From Macrostomum lignano (lineage: Eukaryota): a stretch of 64,000 nucleotides of DNA. Positions 26,539-38,707 of this stretch are shown here, in pieces; position 1 is the stretch's first letter, and every line of letters starts with the position of its first letter. The stretch covers positions 62,001 through 126,000 of the forward strand of contig NIVC01001239.1 in NCBI GenBank assembly GCA_002269645.1, read 5' to 3'. The notes below the pieces were generated by a model that did no database searches, was not told the origin of the DNA, and saw only the letters and a list, made by a program, of their open reading frames with translations. A program made the position numbers and the translations under genes.

Positions 26539-29500
26539 CCGGTCAGAAGCGTCCAACTCCGCCAGCCAGCTTGCCGCTCACGCCAGCCAAAGCTGCCGCT
26601 GCCAACATCGAGCCTGCCAAAGTCGACGCCAATTCATCCGATGCTGCTACCGACGCCGAACGCCGACGCTCTTTGAACTCGTTAATGATTCGCGCGATGG
26701 AGCACGAGGACAGTCTCCGTTCGGAGATGCGCAGTCTGAGTATTGATGAAGCGCTAAACGCGCCGGACGCAACGCCGCAGGTTGAAGAGAAGTCAATCAG
26801 CGAGGAAATGTCAAGGCCGATATCGCCGATGGAAACGGTCGACTCCGAGATGGCCACCCCGGTGCAGGATGTTGCTCCAAGTTTTGAATCTGCCAACACA
26901 GCCGCCTCAGCAGCCGCCGAATTCTCTAGTCAGGAGGCACTTGAGGAAGCGTTTGAAAAAGCCCGAGAGCTCCCCTCAGCGCAGTCGTCTTCCTACGCTT
27001 CAGCCACAGAAGAAGAAGACGACGATGAGGCTGCCGGGCGAAGCTGGACGGAGCCGCAGCTCCAGTCATCCAGTCTGTTTCACTCCGGCGGCATCCGGCC
27101 GGAGGAGCTCGTGTCACCCACGAAAGAAGAAACTGCAGAGCCCGGACGTCGTTTCTCGGCGCTTGTATCCTCTGAATACACCTACCGTAGGATGGAGGAG
27201 AAGCTGGACAGTCCAGTGCAGAGTCCAGTGGACGCTTACAAGAAGTTTCCTCCTCAGCACCAGCAACCTGCTGCGCCGGAGCAGTCACCTCAGCCTGCCC
27301 CATCTCAAGAGGATGAAAATTCGGCATTCGATGCCAGACTACAACGAGCCGAAGAGCTGATGGCTGAGGCAGAGTGCGTCATTGTCAACCGCTACACTGG
27401 TATTGACGAAGATATTGAACAGGTTGGCCTTGAGATTGATCGCGTCATACCTGACAGCATGCTGGTGTCAACTACAACAGCAGCCTCAAAGTCTCCGGAT
27501 CGTCTGGAACCTGATTGGAGTCGGCAGCTGAGCGAACCCGAGGCTGCTGTGCCAGAGGAAGATGCTGAAGGTGTCGCCAAAGAAACCGAGACGCAAATTC
27601 TAGCTGTGAAATTACGTAAGCACAACGATACATTCTCTGGTTCTGTGGAGTACGAACATTTCGCTGAGCCTGAAGAGCCCGAAGCTCGTGCTCAGCCAGA
27701 AGAAACTGAAGCTCGTGCTAAGCCAGAAAAGACTGAAGCTCATGCAGAGCCTGAGGAGACTGAAGCTCATGCAGAGCCAGAGGAGACTGAAGCTCGTGCT
27801 AAGCCTGAGGAGACTGAAGCTCGTGCTGAGCCTGGAGAGACTGAAGCTCGTGCTGAGCCTGAAGAGACCGAAACTCGTGCTGAGCAAGAAGAGACCGAAG
27901 CTCGTCCTGAGCCTGAGGAGACTGAAGCTCGTGCTGAGCCAGAAAAGACTGAAGCCCGTGCTGAGCCTCAAGAGATTGAATCTGGTGCTCAGCCAAAAGA
28001 GACTGAAGCTCGTGCTGAGCCAAAGGAGACTGAAGCTCGCGCTGAGCCAGAAGAGACTGAAGCTCGCGCTGAGCCAGAAGAGACTGAAGCTCGTGCTGAG
28101 CCAAAGGAGACTGAAGCTCGTGCTGAGCCTGAGGAGACTGAAGCGCGAGCTGAGCCTCAAGAGCCTGAAGCTCGTGCTGAGCCTGAAGAGACTGAAGCTC
28201 CTGGTGAGCCTGAAGAGACCGAAGCTCGTGCTGAGCCTGAAGAGACTGAAGCTCGTGCTGAGCCTGAAGAGACTGAAGCTCGTACTGAGCCAGAAGAGAC
28301 TGAAGCTCATGCTGAGCCAGAAGATACTGAAGCTGGTGGTGAGACAGAAAAGACTGAAGCTCGTGCTGAGCCTGAAGAGACTAAAGCTCATGCTGAGCCT
28401 GAAGAGACTGAAGCTCGTGCCGAGCCTGAAGAGACTGAAGCTGGTGCTCAGCGAGAAGAGACTGAAGCTCATGCAGAGCCAGAGGAGACTAAAGCTCGTG
28501 CCGAGCCTGGAGAGACTGAAGCTGGTGCTCAGCCAGAAGAGATTGAAGCTCGTGCTGAGCAAAAGGAGACTGAAGCTCGTGCTGAGCCTGAAGAGACCGA
28601 AACTCGTGCTGAGCAAGAAGAGACCGAAGCTCGTGCTGAGCCAGAGGAGACTGAAGCTCGTGCTGAGCCTGAAGAGACTGAAGCTCGTGCTGAGCCTGAA
28701 GAGACTGAAGCTCCTGGTGAGCCTCAAGAGACTGAAGCTCATGCTGAGCCAGAAGATACTGAAGCTGGTGGTGAGACAGAAAAGACTGAAGCTCGTGCTG
28801 AGCCAGAAGAGACTGAAGCTCATGCTGAGCCAGAAGAGACTGAAGCTCGTGCCGAGCCTGAAGAGACTGAAGCTCGTGCTGAGCCAAAGGAGACTGAAGC
28901 TCGTGCTGAGCCTGAAGAGACTGAAGCTCGTGCAGAACTAGATGAAACACCAGGTACAATTCAGTCTGAGAAGACACCAACTGATCCTGCGGAGACATCA
29001 GCTACAATTGCTCCTGAGCAGACATCTGCACTCACTGAGACCCAAGTTCTTGCTGTACAATTGCGTCAAACAGATGAGCTGACTGAAGCCATTGCCAACA
29101 AGGACATTGTCGTGTCAGACAGAACCACTGGATCACAGTTCGTTCCGAGTGAGAATGAAACTGAAGCCCGTGATGAAAGAGAGAAGACTGAAGCTCATGC
29201 AGAGCCTGAGGAGACTGAAGCTCATGCAGAGCCTGAGGAGACTGAAGCTCATGCAGAGCCTGAGGAGACTGAAGCTCATGCAGAGCCTGAGGAGACTGAA
29301 GCTCGTGCTGAGCCAAAGGAGACTGAAGCTCGTGCTGAGCCTGAAGAGACTGAAGCTCGTGCAGAACTAGATGAAACACCAGGTACAATTCAGTCTGAGA
29401 AGACACCAACTGATCCAGCGGAGACATCAGCTACAATTGCTCCTGAGCAGACATCTGCACTCACTGAGACCCAAGTTCTTGCTGTACAATTGCGTCAAAC

Positions 29501-32500
29501 AGATGAGCTGACTGAAGCCATTGCCAACAAGGACATTGTCGTGTCAGACAGAACCACTGGATCACAGTTCGTTCCGAGTGAGAATGAAACTGAAGCCCGT
29601 GATGAAAGAGAGAAGACTGAAGCTCATGCAGAGCCTGAGGAGACTGAAGCTCATGCAGAGCCTGAGGAGACTGAAGCTCATGCAGAGCCTGAGGAGACTG
29701 AAGCTCATGCAGAGCCTGAGGAGACTGAAGCTCATGCAGAGCCTGAGGAGACTGAAGCTCATGCAGAGCCTGAGGAGACTGAAGCTCATGCAGAGCCTGA
29801 GAAGACTGAAGCTCGTGCTGAGCCTGAAGACACTGAAGTTCGTGCTGAGCCAGAAGAGACTGAAGCTCGTGCTGAGCCTGAAGACACTGAAGTTCGTGCT
29901 GAGCAAGAAGAGACTGAAGCTCGTGCTGAGCCTGAAGACACTGAAGTTCGTGCTGAGCCAGAAGAGACTGAAGCTCCTGGTGAGCCTGAAGAGACCGAAG
30001 CTCGTGCTGAGCCTCAAGAGACTGAAGCTCGTGCTGAGCCAGAAGAGACTGAAGCTCATGCTGAGCCAGAAGATACTGAAGCTGGTGGTGAGACAGAAAA
30101 GACTGAAGCTCGTGCTGAGCCAGAAGAGACTGAAGCTCATGCTGAGCCAGAAGAGACTGAAGCTCGTGCCGAGCCTGAAGAGACTGAAGCTGGTGCTCAG
30201 CGAGAAGAGACCGAAGCTCATGCAGAGCCAGAGGAGACTAAAGCTCGTGCCGAGCCTGGAGAGACTGAAGCTGGTGCTCAGCCAGAAGAGATTGAAGCTC
30301 GTGCTGAGCAAAAGGAGACTGAAGCTCGTGCTGAGCCTGAAGACACTGAAGCTCGTGCTGAGCCTGAAGAGACCGAAGCTCGTGCTGAGCCTCAAGAGAC
30401 TAAAGCTCGTGCTGAGCCTGAAGACACTGAAGCTCGTGCTAAGCCTGAGGAGACTGAAGCTCGTGCTGAGCCTGAAGAGACTGAAGCTTATGCTGAGCCT
30501 CAAGAGACTGAAGCTGGTGCTCAGCCTGAAGAGACCGAAGCTCGTGCTGAGCCTCAAGAGACTGAAGAGACTGAAGCTCGTGCTAAGCCTGAGGAGACTG
30601 AAGCTCGTGCTGAGCCTGAAGAGACTGAAGCTTATGCTGAGCCTCAAGAGACTGAAGCTGGTGCTCAGCCTGAAGAGACCGAAACTCGTGCTGAGCAAGA
30701 AGAGACCGAAGCTCGTGCTGAGCCAGAGGAGACTGAAGCTCATGCAGAGCCTGAGGAGACTGAAGCTCGCGCTGAGCCAGAAGAGACTGAAACTCGTGGT
30801 GAGCCTGAGGAGACTGAAGCTCGCGCTGAGCCAGAAGAGACTGAAGCTCGCGCTGAGCCAGAAGAGACTGAAGCTCGTGCTGAGCCAAAGGAGACTGAAG
30901 CTCGTGCTGAGCCTGAGGAGACTGAAGCTCGTGCTGAGCCAAAGGAGACTGAAGCTCGTGCTGAGCCTGAAGCTCGCGCTGAGCCAGAAGAGACTGAAGC
31001 TCGTGCAGAACTAGATGAAACACCAGGTACAATTCAGTCTGAGAAGACACCAACTGATCCTGCGGAGACATCAGCTACAATTGCTCCTGAGCAGACATCT
31101 GCACTCACTGAGACCCAAGTTCTTGCTGTACAATTGCGTCAAACAGATGAGCTGACTGAAGCCATTGCCAACAAGGACATTGTCGTGTCAGACAGAACCA
31201 CTGGATCACAGTTCGTTTCGAGTGAGAATGAAACTGAAGCCCGTGATGAAAGAGAGAAGACTGAAGCTCATGCAGAGCCTGAGGAGACTGAAGCTCATGC
31301 AGAGCCTGAGGAGACTGAAGCTCATGCAGAGCCTGAGGAGACTGAAGCTCATGCAGAGCCTGAGGAGACTGAAGCTCATGCAGAGCCTGAGGAGACTGAA
31401 GCTCATGCAGAGCCTGAGGAGACTGAAGCTCGTGCTGAGCCTGAAGACACTGAAGTTCGTGCTGAGCCAGAAGAGACTGAAGCTCGTGCTGAGCCTGAAG
31501 ACACTGAAGTTCGTGCTGAGCCAGAAGAGACCGAAGCTCGTGCTGAGCAAGAAGAGACTGAAGCGCGAGCTGAGCCTCAAGAGCCTGAAGCTCGTGCTGA
31601 GCCTGAAGAGACTGAAGCTCCTGGTGAGCCTGAAGAGACCGAAGCTCGTGCTGAGCCTGAAGAGACTGAAGCTCGTACTGAGCCAGAAGAGACTGAAGCT
31701 CATGCTGAGCCAGAAGATACTGAAGCTGGTGGTGAGACAGAAAAGACTGAAGCTCGTGCTGAGCCTGAAGAGACTAAAGCTCATGCTGAGCCTGAAGAGA
31801 CTGAAGCTCGTGCCGAGCCTGAAGAGACTGAAGCTGGTGCTCAGCGAGAAGAGACTGAAGCTCATGCAGAGCCAGAGGAGACTAAAGCTCGTGCCGAGCC
31901 TGGAGAGACTGAAGCTGGTGCTCAGCCAGAAGAGATTGAAGCTCGTGCTGAGCAAAAGGAGACTGAAGCTCGTGCTGAGCCAGAGGAGACTGAAGCTCGT
32001 GCTGAGCCTGAAGAGACTGAAGCTCGTGCTGAGCCTGAAGAGACTGAAGCTCCTGGTGAGCCTCAAGAGACTGAAGCTCATGCTGAGCCAGAAGATACTG
32101 AAGCTGGTGGTGAGACAGAAAAGACTGAAGCTCGTGCTGAGCCAGAAGAGACTGAAGCTCATGCTGAGCCAGAAGAGACTGAAGCTCGTGCCGAGCCTGA
32201 AGAGACTGAAGCTGGTGCTCAGCGAAAAGAGACCGAAGCTCATGCAGAGCCAGAGGAGACTAAAGCTCGTGCCGAGCCTGGAGAGACTGAAGCTGGTGCT
32301 CAGCCAGAAGAGATTGAAGCTCGTGCTGAGCAAAAGGAGACTGAAGCTCGTGCTGAGCCTGAAGAGACCGAAACTCGTGCTGAGCAAGAAGAGACCGAAG
32401 CTCGCGCTGAGCCAGAAGAGACCGAAACTCGCGCTGAGCCAGAAGAGACTGAAGCTCGTGCTGAGCCTGAGGAGACTGAAGCTCGTGCTGAGCCTGAAGA

Positions 32501-35500
32501 GACCGAAGCTCGTGCTGAGCCTGAGGAGACTGAAGTTCGTGCTGAGCCAGAGAAGACTGAAGCTCGTGCTGAGCCAGAGGAGACTGAAGCTCGTGCCGAG
32601 CCTGAGGAGACTGAAGCTCGTGCCGAGCCTGAGGAGACTGAAGCTCGTGCCGAGCCTGAGGAGACTGAAGCTCGTGCCGAGCCTGAGGAGACTGAAGCTC
32701 TTGCTGAGCCAGAAGCGGCCGAAGCTCGTGCTGAGCCAGAAGAGACTGAAGTTACTGAAGACTTATTGAAGACATCTGTACTGACTGAGACACAAGTTCT
32801 TCCTGTAGAGTTACGTCAGCCAAGTGACCTTGAAGCAGTTACTAACAAGGATATTGTTGCTTCAGACAGAACCACTGGACCAGAATTCGTTACCAGCAAA
32901 AATGACCCAGAAGTATTTATCAAACAAAACCTACCAGAAGAAGACACATCGGGTGGCATTCAAAACAAAGATGAAGTGACATATAAAGTAGAAAATTTTG
33001 AGTTTGATTTGGTAAAAAAGCTGGTGAACGACGCAATTGAAACGGCTTTACGTGCTGAAGAGTCCAGATGCAGAGGCATTTTCGAGCAAAATGGTACCGC
33101 ACAGAAAGAGCCTCACTCTGTTGAGACCGAGCCAAAAGAGGAGCCTCGCACTGCTGAGTCCGTCAAGACCGAGCCCAAGTCACAGGAGGAGCCTCGCACC
33201 GTTGAGTCCCTTGAGACAGAGCCACAGGAAGAGCCTCGCACTGTTGACTCCTTTGAGCCCGAGCCACAGAAGGAGCCTCGCACTGTTGAGTCTGTTGAGA
33301 CCGAGCCACAGGAGGAGCCTCGCACTGTTGACTCCCTTGAGCCCGAGCCACATGAGGAGCCTTGCACGGTTGAGTCCCTTGAGACAGAGCCACAGGAGGA
33401 GCCTCGCACTGTTGAGTCCGTTGAGACCGAGCCCGATGCACAGGATGAGCCTCGCACTGTTGAGTCCGTTGAGACCGAGCCACAGGAGAAGCCTCGCACT
33501 GTTGACTCCCTTGAGCCCGAGCCACAGGAGGAGCCTCGCACTGTTGAGTCCCTTGAGCCTGAGTCACAGGCGGAGCCTCGCACTGTTGACTCTGTTGAGA
33601 CCGAGCCCGAGTCACAGGAGGAGCCTCGCACGGTTGAGTCCCTTGAGACAGAGCCACAGGAGGAGCCTCGCACTGTTGACTCCCTTGAGCCCGAGCCACA
33701 GGAGGAGCCTCGCACTGTTGACTCTGTTGAGACCAAGCCCGAGCCACAGGAGAAGCCTCGCACTGTTGACTCCCTTGAGCCCGAGCCACAGGAGGAGCCT
33801 CGCACTGTTGAGTCCCTTGAGCCTGAGTCACAGGCGGAGCCTCGCACTGTTGACTCTGTTGAGACCGAGCCCGAGTCACAGGAGGAGCCTCGCACGGTTG
33901 AGTCCCTTGAGACAGAGCCACAGGAGGAGCCTCGCACTGTTGACTCCCTTGAGCCCGAGCCACAGGAGGAGCCTCGCACTGTTGACTCTGTTGAGACCGA
34001 GCCCGAGTCACAGGAGGAGCCTCGCACTGTTGAGTCCCTTGAGACCGAGCCACAGGAGGAGCCTCGCACTGTTGAGTCCGTTAAGAAGCCTTGCATTTTT
34101 GAAATCACTGAGACGGAGTCTCAATTATTACCTGTTCAATTGATACTCCGATCCACTGGTTCACAGTTTACTGATGAAGAGGGTACTGACTTACAGGCTT
34201 TAGATAAGAAGACCGATACAGCAGTTCTCTCTGGAGTTGGAGAACGACCGCAGTCTGCTGCTTCTCATGATAATTTAGAGGAACAGCTAAAAACAACAGA
34301 TGCTCATAAGGATGCTGAGGAACAACCAGAAAGTGAGGAAATTCTTGAAAACTCTGAAGCAGCGTCTTCGCTTGAAAAAGTTTCAGAAATTGTGATTCAC
34401 GATGCAAAAACTTCGGATATGTCTGAGCATAAGGAAGAAAAGGGTGATGAGCCATCAAATGAAGAGCAGAATGTTGCAGAACTTAACGAAGTAAAATTAA
34501 AAGGTGTGGAGCAAGGCACTGCTCAATCAGATGACTTGTACTCAGATCAGAAAATCGATGACTCACTAATTGACGCCTGTGCGAGAGATTGTGTTCAAAA
34601 AGCTTTGATCGCCGCTTTAAAGAGCCTTTCGGGCGTTAGAAATTCAGTTGAGCACGAGGGCACTGAGACAGATTCGGTTCAAGAGCCCGAAGAAGCTGAA
34701 ACCCTTCTAGTTGAGCACAAGGACGCGATTCAAGAGCCCCAGGAAGCTGTGATTCTTTCGGTTGAGCACAAGGACACTGAGCCACAGCCGCTTCAAGAGC
34801 CTGAGGAACCTGAGATTCTTTCGGCTGAGCACAAGGACACTGAGCCACAGCCGCTTCAAGAGCCCGAGGAAGCTGTGACAAAGCAGGAAACAGAGCCTCT
34901 TCCCAATATGACTGAACCTGCATGCAGTGTTGCTAGAACTGAAACATTAGTGCTGGCCGTTCAACTAAGGAAATCAAGCGGTATGGACACTTTTGTATCG
35001 ACGGGTAACGATTTACGCGACACAGAGTCCCAGTTTATCGCGTCTCAACTTTCTCCGGGGGAGCTACCAGTTGAATACGAGTACAAGGACCCTGAGGAAC
35101 AGTCAGTGGAGTACAAAGAATCTGAGGAGCAGCGTGTTGACTACCAAGACTCCGAAGAGAAGCCTGTGGACTACAGAAAGACTGAAGAGCAGCCTGTTGA
35201 GTACAAAGAAACTGAAGAGCAGCCTGTTGAGTACAAAGAAACTGAGGAGCAGCCTGTTGAGTACAAAGAAACTGAAGAGCAGTCTGTTGATTACACGGAG
35301 ACTGAAGAGCAGCCTGTTGAGTACAGAGAGACTGAAGAGCTGCCTGTTGAGTCCATCGAGGCTGATGAGCTTGCAGATGATGGACGAAAGGCTGAAGCAG
35401 GTTCACCCTCACAAATGCAGAGTACATCTCCTACTCGTAAGGAAGGCGAAGAGGGTCATAAACTTTCAGAGTCTCTTCAGTCTGAGCAGCTGGACGAAGA

Positions 35501-38123
35501 TGAGGCCCAAGTCGTCGAGGATGAAGAAAGCGACGCCCGTTACGAAGATGATTTTGATGCCGAAGGCGAGGATGACGAAAGACCAGCGGGTCGTGAAGGC
35601 TCGCTACAACAGGAACAGGAGGCAGCAAGTGATGAAGAAGCTGCTGTACCACAATCGGACCAGAATATTTTTCGTCACCAAACTAAACCAGCTGTCGCTG
35701 AGCCTGAGGCTCGTATTCTACTCGGTCCGGACGCCTTTATACTTGTTGAGCAGTCTGATGAGGCTGCTTCTGCTATTGTTAACCCTGCGGTTTCTGCTGG
35801 CCCGAGCGAGCTGCCAGAATACGACGAGGAGATTCCTGGCGAATCCGCTCAGAGTCCTGAATCATTTGAATCCGTCATCAAGCGGTCTCTGCCGGCGCTG
35901 GCCAATCTCAGCCTGGCGGCGTCAACGGCGGAGGAGCCCAGAAACCTGGACGAGTCGGTTGGGACGAGCCCTGTCTCTCCTGGACTGGCTAGGGGCACTT
36001 CTGCGATGAGCGGCACCAACTCCGCTTCGCCTGACGAGTGCCAGTTTCAGTTGGAGGATCCGGAGGGCCAGTTGGAAGCGCAACGCCTAGACACTGGAAC
36101 CATGGAAGCGTCTGTGGTTACGCTTGAGGACTCCGAGACCAGCCAGCCGCCAATGGCTCATTCCTCCGAACTGCCACGGGACGCGTCTTCGCTTAGCCAG
36201 GACGCCTCCAAGTCTAGCGAAGTTCTTAGCTCCGGCATCAGTGTAACCGACAACCGGTTTGGCCCTTCGGCAACTGCTGATGACATTCCCAGCATTGTAG
36301 GACAAGATGACAGCGGCTTTATACTGCTAACTCGAGATGACGCCGCTTCAGATATTGACTTCGAGAGCGGCGGAGAAGCTGAAGAAGAAACGGAAGTTGC
36401 TCGCAGACAATTTGATGACGCAACGGATGTGTCAACTTCTCTGGTTAGTGACGTTGCCTCCACGCTAGCTGGACAGGACGACGATACGGTGCAGAACTCA
36501 GAATGTGAGGAAGAGACGGCCGATGCGGATGATGCAAGAGTACTTTTAGAAGAAGCACAACGACGTTCAACCCTATCTTCATCAACCACATCGGGTGGAC
36601 CAAAAAGCCCTACAATTTCTGGTGAGGCGTTCGAGGAATTGGAGGTGCCGTCGGATCAGAGCGACGAAGAAGCGGCTCGTCAGTTGGCTTCTCGTGCTTT
36701 GAGCTCCGCTGCGGATGCCGTCGAGTCGGAGGAATTCGAGCGCACAGCACAGGAGAGGCTGGAGCGCTCGCTACAAGAGGAAGAACTAGCGTTGGATTTC
36801 GAAAAGGCTGCCGAGCAGATAATGATGAAGCAAGGCGAAAAGGATGACGTTGAAGATGAGAATGCCGAGAGCCAAGAATACGAAGGCTTTCGGACCTCGG
36901 TTGGCGACATCGACTCGGAGCTGTTCCAGGGAGCTGTGTATCAGGAAGGAGACGACTACGCTGAAGAATCAGATGAAGAAGACGACGAGGATGATGACGA
37001 GGGCGAAGAACCACTCGGCGCTTCTCCCAAAGCCGCGTACGTTTTCATGACGAATAAGGCTGTTGAACAGGTGGTCATCGATGACAATCTTCTGTCGCCA
37101 ATCATGGAGTTAAAGGAAACACCGGAGAGCTCTCCAGAGCAGCGCTTGTCTCAACAACAACGAAAACAGCAACAACCGCAGCCGGAGAAGCATCTCCAGC
37201 CGTCAATGCAGCAGCAGCTACAAGTGGCCAAGTCTCCACCAAAAATCGGCTTCGAAATCGAGCCGCCACTTACTGAAGAAGATGAAGAGACGCCAACAGC
37301 AGCTGGACTTTCCTCCTCGTTTGGCTCGAAAAAATCGGACCGTTTCCCGGAGATGCCTCAACAGGAGAAGCAGGTCGACAAAAGCGAAGAATCTTACAGG
37401 CCGAGTGCGCAGCAGAAGTCTAACTCGCCTGTCGATTCGGGTGAATCCGACTTCGAGATGATCGCCGCACCGCAAGAAGACGCGGCATCGGGCTCGCTGA
37501 CCGAGTTTGAGCGGCTCGAGCGGGAGCTGGAGACAGCGGAGGAGCCTGCAGAGTCGGTAATGGAGGATGTCGAAGAAGTTGACGAGGACATTCAACAAGA
37601 TGATGAAGAGGATTCTGTCGAACCAGACCAGGCCGACAGTCAGATCTATTCCGAAGCGTCTAAGATTGCTGAAGCGCTGAAAGTGCCAGAGGTTCGGTTC
37701 GAGGAAGCGGACGCTGGTAAAGACGCCGATAGTCTTGGTGAAGAGGACGAGGAGGACGAAGAGCCGGTCGCGGCCGCCGTAGCTCAGAGGCGATTCCCGC
37801 CCGGCCGGTCGAAAAAGATTGCCCCGGTGATGGAGTCGTCGATGGCGTCGTCTGTGTGCGCACCGAGTGAGGCCGACTCACTCACCGAGGAGGCCCAGCT
37901 GGCCATGACCCGCAGTGTCGATAGCATCGATGCGGAGGCGTCCACGACAGCAGGCGGCGATGGCAGCAGCGGCGGTGGCGGCTGGACTCTAGGCTACTCA
38001 ATGAGCACCGACAAGGTCCGGGTGGTACCGGAGCCTGGCCCAGGGATGGTTAGTTCGACTGACAGCCTCGACTGGGAGACTTCAGCTGGAGCAGAGACTA
38101 CGTCACCTGAGGATACTCTATAG
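26539..38123 (+). CDS. ank: Giant ankyrin exon (11,585 coding nt, about 3,860 aa), acidic E/T/A/P/S-rich, 3' of the death domain, ends in TAG
   Basis: Uninterrupted 3867-aa ORF; ctgcag| acceptor in phase 1 matching upstream donors; position directly after ankyrin tail exons. Confidence 0.92.
27660..32755 (+). repeat. Coding 27-bp tandem repeat (AEPEETEAR/H) with three about 220-bp unique spacers and higher-order duplications
   Basis: GCTGAGCCTGAAGAGACTGAAGCTCGT consensus; spacer ELDETPG...SENETE at about 28936, 29365 and 31009. Confidence 0.95.
33125..34085 (+). repeat. Coding 42/48-bp tandem repeat (EPQEEPRTVES/DSLET)
   Basis: Translation and nucleotide periodicity. Confidence 0.93.
35090..35360 (+). 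repeat. Coding 30-bp tandem repeat (EEQPVEYKET)
   Basis: Translation and nucleotide periodicity. Confidence 0.9.
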
Positions 38124-38707
38124 GTACAGAGAGTCGAGAAAGAAGTCTCAAGTCCCTTCTTACTATCCCCCTGTCCGAGTCCCTTGCCCTGGAGTGGCAG
38201 CTTTAGCAGCTACTGCATCGGGTGTCTGATGCCTCGATAGCTGCACAAGAGCTGCCAGTTTGGCTAAGTCTAACACCGCTGCTGTTGTATATAGCGAGTA
38301 TTGATAAATCTGTTGTTTATGTTGTCGCAATCTAACACTGTCGGTGAGTCCTAATCTTTTCATTCACTAATTACTCACTTGAGTTTCTAGCTTGTATTTT
38401 TAAGTTAGTGCAGCACAGGGCAATCACTTACTTCATGTTTTATTTTCTGACAATTTTTTTCTAGACGCTTTAAAACATTCTCAGAATGCTACTATACTAC
38501 TGTCTGCAAGTAGTGCATTGTTAGAATCGTCAAAAACGAAGAAAAACGAAAATTGTTTCATGGAACAACCAATAACAGTTGACTTCTACTTAGATAATAA
38601 AAATGAGTATAAATTCCCTTAGTGAGGCTAAACCAGATTGACGCAGTTGAGCGGACGAGACAGAAGATTCCTGCCAGTTGGACGCAAAAGCATTGAATTA
38701 TTTCTAG

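Noticed and set aside
27612-34143. Overlapping +1-frame (LKLVLSQKR) and antisense (STSFSLFRL, QHELQS) ORFs of 300-530 aa
   Set aside because: By-products of the 27-bp and 42-bp coding repeats; they end where the repeats end, while the main frame continues.
38121-38239. Possible stop-codon read-through at the giant exon's TAG
   Set aside because: Context TAG-G is not a known leaky one and the extension is only 38 unremarkable codons.
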